Shown in pieces: positions 1 to 11,203 of a stretch of 64,000 bases of DNA. The translations under genes were made by a program, and so were the position numbers. Location: contig CM059431.1 of NCBI GenBank assembly GCA_030390025.1, positions 152,894,001 through 152,958,000 on the forward strand. The letters are read 5' to 3'. The DNA comes from Squalus acanthias. Its lineage: Eukaryota. Under the pieces are notes generated by a model. The model searched no databases, was not told the DNA's origin, and was given only the letters and a program-made list of their open reading frames with translations. Within the stretch, counting starts at the first letter, position 1. Each line of letters opens with the position of its first letter.

Positions 1-1509
1 GGCCCCGGGGATTTTTCAGCCTTCAGTCCCATCAATTTCCCCAATACCTTTTCCCGACTAATAAGGATTTCCCTCAGCTCCTCCCTCTTACCAGATCCTC
101 TGACCCCTTTTATTTCCGGCAGGTTGTGTGTGTCCTCCACAGTAAACACCGAACCAAAGTACTTGTTCAATTGATCAGCCATTTCCGTGTTCCCCATTAC
201 GACTTCCCCTGTTTCCGATTGCAGGGGACCTACGTTTGTTTTTACTAACCTCTTTCTTTTTACATATTTATAGAAGCTTTTGCAGTCCATTTTAATGTTC
301 TCTGCAAGCTTCCTTTCATAGTTTTATTTTCCCTGCCCTAATCAAACACTTCGTCCTCCCCTGCTGAGTTTTGAAGTTCTCCCAGTCCCCGGGTTTGCTG
401 CTACTTCTGGCCAATTTGTATGCAACTTCCTTGGTTTTAATAATATCCCTGATTTCCCTTGTTAGCCATGGTTGAGCCACCTTCCCTTTTTTATTTTTAT
501 GCCAGACCGGGATGTACAATGCTTGTAGTTCATCCATGCGATCTCTAAATGTCTGCCATTGCCCTACCACTGATAGCCCCTTAAATATCGCTTGCTAATT
601 TAACCTCACCAATTCACGCCTCATACCCTCAAAGTTGCCCTTATTTAAGTTCTGGACCATGGTCTCTGAATTAACTCTTTCCTTCTCCATCCTAAATGTA
701 GAACTCCAACATACTATGGTCACTCTTCCCCAGGGGGGCTCGTACCACAATATTGCTGATTAGTCCTTCCTCATTACACAACACCCAGTCCAGGATGGCC
801 TCCCCTCGCGTTGGTTCCTCAACATATTGGTTTAGGAAACCATCCCTTAAACACTCCAGGAAATCCTCTTCCACCGTATTGCTTCCAGTTTGAGTAGCCC
901 AATCTATATGCATATTAAAGTCACCCATGATAACTGCTGCGCCTTTTTTGCACGCACCTCTGATTTCCTGTTTCATACCCTCCCCCACCTCACTACTGCT
1001 GTTTGGAGGTCTGTACACAACTCCCACTAACGTTTTCTGCCCTTTGGTGTTCTGCAGCTCAACCCATATTGATTCCACATCCTCCAAGCTGATGTCCTTC
1101 CTAGCTATTGCATTAATCTCATCTTTAACCAGCAATGCTACCCCACCCCCTTTTCCTTTTATTCTATCCTTCCTGAATGTTGAATACCCCTGGATGTTCA
1201 GTTCCCAGCCTTGATTGTTCTGCAGCCACGTCTCTGTAATCCCAATCACATCGTATCCGTTAGCATCTATTTGCACAGTCAATTCATCCACCGTATTACG
1301 GATACTCCTTGCATTAAGACACAGAGCAGTTAGGCTTGTTTTATTAACATCCTTTGTCCTTTTAGACTTATGATTTAGTATGGCCCTTTGTGTTTCTTGC
1401 CTTTGTTTACTGGGCCTTCCCCTATTGTTTCTCACCCTTCTAACATTTGTTTCTGAATGCATATTACTTCCCCCTGTTTCGCTACATAGATTCCCATTCC
1501 CCTGCCATA
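1..1509 (-). pseudogene. CR1 ORF2 N-terminal part (APE endonuclease + linker), frameshifted near 692
   Basis: ORFs 692-1609 and 316-570 carry APE and linker motifs. An extra T in TAC-ATT-TAG (other copies read TTC-ATT-AGG) breaks the frame. Confidence 0.88.
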
Positions 1510-1526
1510 TTAGTTTAAATCCTCCC

Positions 1527-2890
1527 ATAGATACATAGATACATAGAAGATAGGAGCAGGAGTAGGCCATCCGGCCCTTCGAGCCTGCTCCGCCATTTAA
1601 TGAGATCATGGCTGATCCTCCAATTCAGTATCCCGTCCCCGCCTTCTCTCCGTAACCCTTAACCCCTTTTGCCTGTAGAAATATATCTAATTCCCTCTTA
1701 AATATATTTAATGAGCTGGCGTACACTGCCCTCTGTGGCAATGAGTTCCACAGGTTCACCACCCTCTGAGTGAAGAAATTCCCCCTCATTTCTGTCCTAA
1801 ATGGTTTAGCCCTTATCCTTAAATTATGTCCTCTAGTTCTGTTCTCACCCGCCAAGGGAAACATTCCTTCTGCATCTAGTCTGTCTAGACCTGTCAGAAT
1901 TTTATACACTTCTATGAGGTCCCCTCTCAATCTTCTAAACTCCAGTGTGTACATCCCTAAACTACATAGTCTCTCCTCATAAGTCAATCCCGCCATTCCT
2001 GGTATCAGCCTGGTGAATCGCCGCTGCACCCCCTCCATGGCAAGAACATCTTTCCTCAGATGAGGCGACCAAAACTGTACACAGTACTCGAGGTGTGGTC
2101 TCACCAGTGCCCTGTACAGCTGCAGCAAGGTATCCCTGTTCCTGTATTCCAACCCTTTTGCTATGAAGGCCAGCATACCGTTTGCCTTCTTGACCGCCTG
2201 TTGCACCTGCATGCGCGCCTTCAGTGACTGGTGTACAAGAACACCCAGGTCTCTCTGTACTTCCCCCTCTCCCAATTTATTGCCATTTAAATAATAATTT
2301 GCCCTCCCGTTCCTGCACCCAAGGTGGATAACTTCGCACTTGTCCACATTATAGTGCAACTGCCATTTATCCGCCCAATCACCCAGTCTGTCCAAATCGC
2401 TCTGGAGCTTCCTGGTCACCTCCTCTGAGCCCACCCCCCCTCCTAGTTTAGTGTCGTCTGCAAATTTGGAAATGCTGCATCCGACTCCCTGATCCAGGTC
2501 ATTAATGTAAATTGTGAACAGCTGGGGACCCAGGACAGATCCCTGTGGTACACCACTTGTTACTGCCTGCCATTCAGAGAATGAGCCGTTTATTCCAACT
2601 CTCTGTTTTCTATCTGACAGCCAGTTCTCTATCCACGTCAATACTTTCCCCTTTATCCCATGAGCTTCAATTTTCCATGCTAATCTTTTATGTGGGACCT
2701 TATCGAAGGCCTTTTGGAAGTCCAGGTACACCACATCTACTGGCTCTCCCCCATCTATTTTACCAGTTACTCCCTCAAAAAATTCCAATAGATTAGTCAA
2801 GCACGATTTACCCTTTGTAAATCCATGTTGACTCTGTCCTATCCTGTCCCCATTTGCTAAGTGCTCCGCTATTTCATCCTTAATGATGGA
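1527..2890 (-). mobile_element. 5'-truncated CR1 LINE nested in the end of host ORF1
   Basis: RT motifs [28 protein letters not shown]1 3'UTR ending TCCTGCTCCTATCTTCTATG(TATCTATG)n; flanked by CTCCC at 1522-1526 and 2891-2895. Confidence 0.93.
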
Positions 2891-3823
2891 CTCCCGAACT
2901 GCTTTAGCAAATATTACCCCGAGGACATCGGTTCCAGTCCTGCCCAAGTGCAGACCTTCCCTTTTGTACAGGTCCCACTTCCCCCAGAACTGGTTCCAAT
3001 GCCTCAGGAATTTGAATCCCTCCCTCCTGCACCACTGCTCAAGCCACGTATTCAATCTCACTATCCTGTTCTCTCTATTCTGATTAGCACGTGGCCCTGG
3101 TAGCAATCCAGAGATTACTACCTTAGAGGTCCTACTTTTTAATTTAGCTCCTAGCTCCCTAAATTCTGCTTGTAGGACCTCTTCCCGCTTTTTACCTATA
3201 TCGTTGGTACCTACATGCACCACGACAGCTGGCTGCTCACCCTCCCTCTTCAGAATGTTCTGCAGCCGCTCCGAGACATCCTTGACCCTTGCACCAGGGA
3301 GGCAACATACCATCCTGGAATCTCGGTTGCGGCCACAGAAACTCCTGTCTGTTCCCCTTACAATTGAGTCCGCTATCACTATAGCCCTACCACTCTTTTT
3401 CCCGCCCTGCTGTGCAGCAGAGCCAGCCATGGTGACATGAAACTGGCTGCTTGTGCCTTCACCTGGTAGGCCATCTCCCCCAACCGTATCCAAAGCGGCA
3501 TACCTGTTTTGGAGGGAGATGACCACAGGGGACTCCTGCACTACCTTCCTAATATTGCCCTGCTTCTTGGTCACCCATTCACTGTCTGTCCTAGCCTTTA
3601 CCTGCGGTGTGGACAACTCACTAAATGAGCGATTCACCGAGTTCTCGGCATCGTGCATGCTCCAGAGTGAGTCCACCCGCAGCTCCAGCACCGCCATGCG
3701 GGCTGTCAGGAGCTGCAGCTGGACACACTTCCCGCACACGTAGTTGTCAGGGACACTGGAAGTGTCCCTGGTTTCCCACATGGCACAGGAGGAGCATGAA
3801 ACGGGTCCGAGACTTCCTATCAT
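1625..3823 (-). CDS. Chimeric 732-aa ORF: CR1 ORF1p (zinc finger/leucine zipper + SGNH-like esterase) fused in frame to the C-terminal part of CR1 reverse transcriptase; no endonuclease
   Basis: Uninterrupted ORF in the track. The junction AKAVRE|SIIKDEIAEHL coincides with the nested-insertion boundary at 2890/2891. Expression is unknown. Confidence 0.6.
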   Translation of the reverse strand: MIGSLGPVSCSSCAMWETRDTSSVPDNYVCGKCVQLQLLTARMAVLELRVDSLWSMHDAENSVNRSFSELSTPQVKARTDSEWVTKKQGNIRKVVQESPVVISLQNRYAALDTVGGDGLPGEGTSSQFHVTMAGSAAQQGGKKSGRAIVIADSIVRGTDRSFCGRNRDSRMVCCLPGARVKDVSERLQNILKREGEQPAVVVHVGTNDIGKKREEVLQAEFRELGAKLKSRTSKVVISGLLPGPRANQNRENRIVRLNTWLEQWCRREGFKFLRHWNQFWGKWDLYKREGLHLGRTGTDVLGVIFAKAVRESIIKDEIAEHLANGDRIGQSQHGFTKGKSCLTNLLEFFEGVTGKIDGGEPVDVVYLDFQKAFDKVPHKRLAWKIEAHGIKGKVLTWIENWLSDRKQRVGINGSFSEWQAVTSGVPQGSVLGPQLFTIYINDLDQGVGCSISKFADDTKLGGGVGSEEVTRKLQSDLDRLGDWADKWQLHYNVDKCEVIHLGCRNGRANYYLNGNKLGEGEVQRDLGVLVHQSLKARMQVQQAVKKANGMLAFIAKGLEYRNRDTLLQLYRALVRPHLEYCVQFWSPHLRKDVLAMEGVQRRFTRLIPGMAGLTYEERLCSLGMYTLEFRRLRGDLIEVYKILTGLDRLDAEGMFPLAGENRTRGHNLRIRAKPFRTEMRGNFFTQRVVNLWNSLPQRAVYASSLNIFKRELDIFLQAKGVKGYGEKAGTGY

Positions 3824-3986
3824 GACTTAACCCTTACGTTACTTTATTACTAAAATTTTAACTAATTTATCTTAGGTCCAGGAGTTAAGTCCCTGAAAAC
3901 AAAATCTAAAATCGAACCTACCTTTTAAATTCCCTCTACCCCTAAATGTTAGAGGAGGTGGGAGGGTGTGAGTCAATACTAGTGTA

Positions 3987-4270
3987 CTCTTTTATATGGG
4001 CACTTAAACCAAATAGCTTTAAAATGAATAAAATTTTAAATGAAACTTAACAAATTAAATTAAAATTTGGTAGCCCGGGGTGACGATGCACTCCAGTCCC
4101 CGCGGCGCCCACCGGTCGCGGAAAATCTCAAGCGTGCCGGCGGACACCGCGTGCTCCCACTCCAGGGCCACCCGGGCGTGGACATGGCCGTGGAAGAGAG
4201 GCAGGCAATCGGGCCGAACGACCTCCTCGACCGCCCGCTGCCTGGACCAATTGATGGACTTCTTGGCCAG
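3987..4270 (-). mobile_element. 3' fragment of a Tx1/L1-group non-LTR retrotransposon
   Basis: Minus frame 4270-4055 reads LAKKSINWSRQRAVEEVVRPDCLPLFHGHVHARVALEWEHAVSAGTLEIFRDRWAPRGLECIVTPGYQILI*, resembling Tx1 ORF2 C-termini, followed by a short T-rich 3'UTR. Flanking repeat AGTCA(A/C)TACTAGTGTA at 3971-3986 and 4269-4284. Confidence 0.78.
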
Positions 4271-4427
4271 TCACTACTAGTGTAGTGTCTCGGGTTTAGC
4301 AACCGCTCCACCTATATACGGGTACCAATGAATTGGCGCCGCCCCCTGCCTTTGAAAAAGCCCGCGAAGCTCTTTCCCCGCTGGGGAAATAGGCCACGTA
4401 GGTGAGTTTAATGACTCACCTCAGGCC

Positions 4428-4966
4428 TCCGCCGCTCCAACCAGGTCCGCTCCTCCTTCCCCGCTGCCGACCGCTCTGTGGGAGAGAGAAAGAAAGGCTC
4501 CTCCTCCCACGCTGTCGACGCTGGTCGGAGGCCTACCTGATCCTCGGGCCTCCCTTTATTGACTCGCCGCCGCTCCCGCCGCTCCAACCAGGTCCGCTCC
4601 TCCTTCCCCGCTGCCGACCGCTCTGTGGGAGAGAGAAAGAAAGGCTCCTCCTCCCCCGCTGTCGACGCTGGTCGGAGGCCTACCTGATCCTCGGGCCTCC
4701 CTTTATTGACTCGCCGCCGCTCCCGCCGCTCCAACCAGGTCCGCTCCTCCTTCCCCGCTGCCGACCGCTCTGTGGGAGAAAGAAAGAAAGGCTCCTGCTC
4801 CCCCGCTGTCGACGCTGGTCGGAGGCCTACCTGATCCTCGGGCCTCCCTTTATTGAGTCGCCGCCGCTCCCGCCGCTCCAACCAGGTCCGCTCCTCCTTC
4901 CCCGCTGCCGACCACTCTGTGGGAGAGATAAAGAAAGGCTCCTCCTCTCCCGCTGTCGACGCTGGT
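4428..4966 (-). repeat. 147-bp GC-rich tandem monomers (~3.7 copies) forming the CR1 5'UTR
   Basis: CCAGGTCCGCTCC recurs at 4441, 4588, 4735 and 4882 (period 147). Copies are near-identical and lie upstream of ORF1. Confidence 0.9.
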
Positions 4967-4974
4967 TTCACAAT

Positions 4975-7572
4975 TAGAGACCCCTTTTAAAGAGAGACTC
5001 TCACCATCAGGGACCCCTTTTATTGAGAGAGTCTCTCCATCAGGGACCATTTTAAAGAGAGAGACTTTCCATCAAGGATCACATTTACAGAGCGAATATT
5101 TCCATCACGGAACCCTTTTAAAGAGAATCTTCCTATTAGGGATACATTTTAAAGAGAGAGCCAAAACATCAGGGACCCCTTTTAAAGAGGGAGTGGCTCC
5201 ATCAGGGACACCTTTCAAAGAGGGTGTTTCCCCATCAGGGACCAAATTTAAAGATAGAATCTCACCATCAGTGGCCCCTTTTAAAGAGGGAGTATCCCCG
5301 TTAGGGAGACCTTTTAAAGAGTGAGTGTCTCCACCAGCGACCACTTTTAATGAGCGAGTTTCAACATCAGGCACCCTTTTAAAAGAGGAAGTTTCAGCAT
5401 CATTGACCGATGTTGCAGAGATAGGCCTCCTGATCGGGGACCCCTTTTAAAATGTGTGTCTCACTATCAGGGAGCCCTTTTAAAGAGGGATTCTTTTTAT
5501 CAGGGAGCACTTTTAAAGTGTGATACTCATCATCAGGGATCCCTATTAAAGTGTGAGTCTCAACATCAGGGATCACTTTTAAAGAGGGTGTCTCACCATC
5601 AGGGACCCCTTTTAAAGAGAGAGTCTCCACCATCAGGGACCCCTTTTAAAGAGGGTGTCTCACCATCAGGGTCCCCTTTTAAGGAGACAGTCTCCTCTTC
5701 ACAGTTCCCTTATAAAGAAAGAGTCTCAACGTCAGAGACGTTGTCTCAACATCAGGGATCCCTTTTAAAGTGGAAGTCTTTCTATCAGGGTGCACTTTTA
5801 AAGGGTGAGACTCATCATCAGGGATCACTATTAAAGTGTGAGCCTCACCATCAGAGACCCTTTTAAAAAGTGAGTCTCACAATCAGGGACCCTTTAAAGA
5901 GAGAGTCTCAATATCAGTGATCCCTTTTCAAAAGGGAGTCGTTCTCTTTAGGTTCCCTTTTATAGAGGGAGACTCACCATCAGATACCCTTTTGAAGAGG
6001 GAGCCTTTCTATCAGGGAGCTCTTTTAAAGAGAGTCTTACCGTCAGGGTCCCTTTTCAAAGAGTGAGTTTCACCATCAGGGACCACTTTTAAAGAGGGAG
6101 TCTCACCATCAGGGACCACTTTTAAAGAGAGAGTCTCGTCATCAGGGACCACTTTTAAAGAGAGACTCTCACCAACAGGGACCCCTTTTAACGAGAGAGT
6201 CTCACCATCAGGGACCACTTTTAAAGAGAGAGTCTCACCATCAGGGACCACATTTAAAGAGAGAGTCTAACCATCAGGGAATCCTTTTATAGAGGGAGTC
6301 TCACCATCAGGGAATCCTTTTAAAGACAGAGTCACACCATCAAGGACGCATTTAGTCCCAACATCAGGTATCCCTTTTAAAGTGGGAGTCTCACGATCAG
6401 GGACCCCTTTTAAAGAGTGAGTCTCACTATCAGGAATTCCTTTTAAAGAGGGAGTTTTTCTATTAGGGAGCACTTTTAAAGGGTGAGCCTCATCATCAGG
6501 GATCTCTTTTACAGAGGGAGCCTTTCTATTGGTGACCCCTTTAAATATATAGTCTCCCTATTAGGGTCCCATTTTATAGAGGGAGACTAACCATCAGGGA
6601 CCTTTGTTAAAGAGGGCGTTTAACCATCAGGGATTCCTTTTAAAGAGAGAGTCACAACATCAGGGACGCATTTTAAAGAGGGATTCTCGCCACAGGGGAC
6701 CCATTTGAAAGAGACTGTCTTTCTTTCAAGGTACCCTTTTAAAGAGGGAGGCTTTCTATCAGGGTCCCCAATTAAAGAGAATCTTTCTAGTCGGGACCAC
6801 TTTTAAAGAGGATGTCTCACCATCAGGGACATCTTTTAAAGAGCGAGCCTTCCCATCAGGGACCCCTTTTAAATACGGAGTCTCACCATCAGGGATCCCT
6901 TTTAAAGTGTGATTCTCCCCATTTGGGACCCCTTTAAATAGGGAGTCTCCCCCATCAGTGACCCATTTTAAAGAGAGAATCTCACCATCAGGGCCCCCTT
7001 TTAAAAAGAGAGTCACTCCATCAGGGATCACTTTTAAAGAGGTTGTCTCACCATCAGCGATATCTTTTAAAGAGAGAGTCTCGCCATCAGGGACATCTTT
7101 TAAAGTGGGAGTCTCGCCATCAGGGACACATTTTAAAGGGGGAGTCTTTCTATCAAGGACCCATTTTAAAGAGAGAGTCTCACCATCAGGGAACCCTTTT
7201 AAAGATGTAGTCTCCTCATCAGGGATTGCTTTTAAATAGAGTTTCACCGTCAGAGACCCCATTTAAAGAGAGAATCTCACCATCAGGGATTCCTTTCAAA
7301 GATAGATTCTGATCTACAGAGACCCCTTTTAAAGAGGGCGTTCCATCATCAGGGTCATCGTTTAAAGAGGGAGTCCCACCCTCGGGAATCCATTTTAATG
7401 AGTGAGTCTCTCCATCATTGACCCCATTTAAAGAGGGAGTCTCACCATCAGGGGCCCCTTTTAAAGAGGGAGTCTCACCAATCGGGACCCCTTTTAAAAA
7501 GGGAGTCTCACTATCAGGGACCACTTTTAAAAAGGGAGTGTCACCATCAGGGACACCTTTTGAAGAGGGTGT
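4975..7572 (-). repeat. 33-bp satellite array (reverse orientation)
   Basis: Tandem CCCCTTTTAAAGAGGGAGTCTCACCATCAGGGA-like units, diverged. Confidence 0.95.
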
Positions 7573-8410
7573 CTCTGACGGAGAGACTCTCTCTTTAAAT
7601 GGGATCCCTTATGGAAAGACTCGCTTTTTAAAAGGAATCCCTGATTGTGAGACTCTCTCTTTAAAAGGGATCCCTGATGGTGAGGCTCCCTCTTTAAAAG
7701 GGATCCCTGCTGGTGAGACTCCCTCTTTAAAGGATTCCCTAATGGTGAGACTTTCTCTTTAAAAGGGATCCCTAATAGAAAGACTCTTTCTTTAAAAGGG
7801 TCTCTGTTGAAGAGACTCCCTCTTTAAAAAGGCTCCCTGATAGAAAGACTGCTTCTTAAAAAGGGATCCCTAATGTGGAGTCTCACTCTTTAAAAATGAT
7901 CCCAGATGGTAAGACTCAATCTTTAAAAGTGCTCCCTGATAGAAAGTCTCCCTCTTTAAAAGGGTCTCTGACGGAGTGATTCTCTCTTTAAAAGGGTTCC
8001 CTGATGGTGAGTCTCCCTCGTTAAAAGGGGTCCCTGATGGTGAGACTCCCTCTTTAAAAGGGATCCCGGTTGGCGAGTCTCACTCTTTAAAAAGTATCCC
8101 AGATGGTAAGCAGCACACTTTAAATGGGATCTCTGATGTTGAGATACACACTTTAAAAGGGCTCCCTGATATAAAGACTCCCTCTGTAAAAGGTTCTCTG
8201 ACGAAGAGAGTCCCTCTTTAAAAGGGGTCCCTGATGGTGAGACTCCCTTTAAAAGTTGTACCTGATAGAATGACTCCATATTTAAAAGGGTTTCTGATGG
8301 TAAGACTCACCTTAAAAGGGATCCCTGAAAGAAAGACACATCTTTAAAAGGGTATCTGATGGTGAGAGTCCATCTTTAGAATGACCCCCTGATAGGAAGA
8401 ATCCATTTAA
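7573..8410 (+). repeat. 33-bp satellite, locally inverted block
   Basis: Units read CCCTGATGGTGAGACTCCCTCTTTAAAAGGG between two reverse-oriented blocks. Confidence 0.9.
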
Positions 8411-9771
8411 AGGGTGAGTCTCACCATCAGGGTCTCCTTTTAAAGAGGGAGACTCACCATCAGTGGTCCCTTTTAAAGATGGAGTCTTAATATAAGGACC
8501 CCTTTTAAAGAGAGAGTCTCACCATCAGGGATCACTTTTAAAGAGGGAGTCTCACCAAAAAGATTCTCTTTTGAAAACAGAGTCTCACACTCGGGGACTC
8601 ATCTTAAAGAGATTCTTACCATCAGGGACCCCTTTTAATGAGTGAGTCTCACAATCAGTGATCCATTTTAAACAGAGAGTCTCAAAATCAGGGACCCCTT
8701 TTAAATAGGGTGTCTTTCAATCAGGATCATCATAAAGCGAGAGTCTCCCCATTAGGGACACTTTAAAAGAGGCTCACCATCGGGCATCGCCTTTAAAGAG
8801 GGTGTTTCAGCATCAGAGACCCCCATTTAAAGAGAGAGTCTCTACATTAGGGATCCCTTTTAAAGAGGGAGTCGTTCTGTCAGGGATCCCTTTTAAAGAA
8901 AGTCTAACCATCAGGGACCCCTTTTAAAGAGGGAGACTCGCCATTGGAGACCCTTTTTCACTTTCGATCAAGGACCCCTATTAAAGAGGGAGACTTCCCA
9001 TCAGGGACCCCCGTTTAAAGAGGGTTTCACTGTTAGGGTATCCTTTTAAACAGGGAGTCTCCCCATCAGGGACCCCTTTTATAGAGAGAGTTTCGCCATT
9101 AGGGACACTTTTAAAGAGAGTCTTACCATCACGGACCACGTTTAAAATGTGAGTCTCACCATCAGAGATCCCTTTTAAAGAGGCTGTATCCCCATCAGGG
9201 ACCACTTTTAAAGTGGGAGTCTTAGCATCAGGGACCGCTTTTAAAGAGGGAGTCTCAGCATCAGTGACCACTTTTAGTGTGGAACTCGCCCCCACAGGGA
9301 CCCCTTTTTAAAGAGAGTGTCACCGTCAGGGTCCCCTTTTAAAGAGGGTATCTCACCATCGGCGGCCCCTTTTAAAGATGGAGTCTCACCATCAGGCATC
9401 CCTTTTAAAGGAGGAGTCTTTCTATCAAGGAGCCCATTTAAAGAGGGAATCTTACCATCAGAAACCTTTCAAAGAGGGAGCTTTTTATCACTTTAATAGT
9501 GAGTCTCACCATCAGGGACCCATTTTAAAGAGAGTGTCTTTCTATCAGGGACCCCTTTTAAAGATTGAGTCTTACCCTCGTGGACCCATTTTAAAGAGAG
9601 ATTCTTTCTATCATGGACCTCTTTTAAATAGGGCGTCTTTCCATCAGTGACCCCATAAAGAGAGAGTCTCTCCATTAGGATACATTTTGAAGAGGCATTC
9701 TCACCGTCAGGGACCACTTTTAAAAAGGGTGTCTCACCATCAGTGACCCCTTTTTAAGAGGGAGTGTCACC

Positions 9772-11203
9772 TCTAATGGAATAGCCATATTTCAGAAAAA
9801 TACACCATGCTATGAACAGAATTCTAGTTTTCTTAAGACATAACAAACTGGGGTTAAAAATCTAAAAGCCTCAATGACAAAAGCCGTAAAAATAAAACAA
9901 AGGCTTCTGAGATACGATGAAGTGTTAACACAAAGCTTTAAACACAACGTAAGGTTTTTAAATGTTAAATGGTTATTGACACTGAGACAATGGCCTCATT
10001 CAAACAGTGGGTTGTAGGTTCCAAGGAGTCTGCAGTTTGGAACCAACACAATAGCAATGCCCAAGTAAAGTGTTAAAATATAACACTTCGAACAGGAACA
10101 GAGAATATTAAAGAATACATGTGCCTTTGATAAAAGTAACATCAAATGAAACAGGAAACACAATTATGTATATAACCAACTAAGATGGCTAGGAAAAAAA
10201 CAGCATGGTTGAAGTGGTTTTCATTTACATAGTGTAAAAGATACCTACAGAAGACTTTGAAAATATTACATCAATAGATGTACCAAGCAATCACATTGTT
10301 CATGTGTTGAACTTGGAAGACAAGGAGACGCAAAGTCTGTAATAAAATCAGTTAAGCCAATATTAAGAATTGAATGGGAGACCTTCGTAAGAATGGCATG
10401 ACATAGATACATCAGTAATAACCATATTTTAAGATAACTTTCGAAAACCTAAAGATAGAGACAGAATTGTGCAAGCTAACAGCTGAAGTAACAGTAAGAA
10501 TAGAAAGAAGTCAACAGAGGTATGGCTAGAGATAATTAGCTTACATCAGCAGAAAACTTCAAAGAATATTCCATTAAAAAAGAGAATAAAAATAGAGCTT
10601 TTCAGATAGAACGTGAGAAGTCGCTGGAAAGGCAAGCGATTCTCAACTTCAGAGGAAGGCTCTAAGTTTTTAACACTTTGAGTCTCTGCTAATCAAGGTA
10701 TTTGATTTCCGTGGTTATAATGGATTAAGAATAATTAATAATGTGGAAATGTAACGAAGTAAAGATTTTAGAATAAAAATCTCTGATAAGAAATTTAAGC
10801 AATTTGTATTTTGAACTGTTAAGGTTGCGACTGAATCAACAGGTGTTAGCAGAATGTCGGTTCTTTAATAAATTTATATATTTTTTTTGAATTGACTCAC
10901 AGAATCATTTTGTATGAACCTCGCAAACTCAATTAATGTACACACTTTTGTGAGGATATGCAGAATTCTTCTAGGTTTTCCGGACCCTCATAATGTCAGG
11001 AAGGTTACAGTTTAGTTAACCTTGTTAAAAGTGCTATCCGGAGGATGGTAACATCTTCAGGTCGTTTCTTTCCTTTAGGGAGAGGTAGTCTGACCTTTAG
11101 ACCCAATTAAGCGTCTTATAGGATTCGGCTACCGCTAACTTTAGTTGAAGGTGAACGGTCTGGGGTAGCCTGAAAAGGGCTAGGACTTGTAATTCTCCCT
11201 TCA
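9772..11203 (+). mobile_element. Solo-LTR-like element copy A (~1.43 kb)
   Basis: Degenerate 5' end TCTAATGGAATAGCC, 3' end AATTCTCCCTTCA, AATAAA at 10867, flanks CACC/CATC; homologous to six other copies. Confidence 0.75.
10867..10872 (+). terminator. Polyadenylation signal of LTR-like copy A
   Basis: AATAAA in a conserved TTTAATAAAT(C/T/A)TAT context with a T-rich tract downstream; present at the equivalent site in copies A-F (AACAAA in G). Confidence 0.55.

Larger units (their letters stand above)
1..4966 (-). mobile_element. CR1-clade LINE (host copy, 5' part; runs off the window start), interrupted by a nested CR1 and a Tx1-like fragment
   Basis: On the minus strand: GC-rich monomer 5'UTR, ORF1 (CxxC...CxxC, leucine-rich coil, SGNH-like esterase), then ORF2 APE endonuclease motifs (LNARS, GITETWL, GGGVALLVK, VYRPP, IMGDFN, SDH). 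Confidence 0.93.

Noticed and set aside
692..1609. Stand-alone 305-aa endonuclease gene
   Set aside because: The N-terminus is read from the nested copy's 3'UTR and the C-terminus ends at a frameshift; it is a CR1 ORF2 fragment.
4441..4882. 147-bp period as a nucleosome-positioning signal
   Set aside because: The match to core-particle length leaves no linker, and the related array has a 76-bp period; likely coincidence.
4402..4977. Pro/Arg-rich ORFs (also 48597-49304)
   Set aside because: Products of GC-rich 5'UTR tandem monomers.
10200..10560. Accessory-gene ORF in the U3-like region (KYYINR...HC.CVELG)
   Set aside because: Only ~45 codons are comparable between copies A and F, stops differ among copies, and the region is explained by diverged direct repeats. 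A consensus-based test is still worthwhile.
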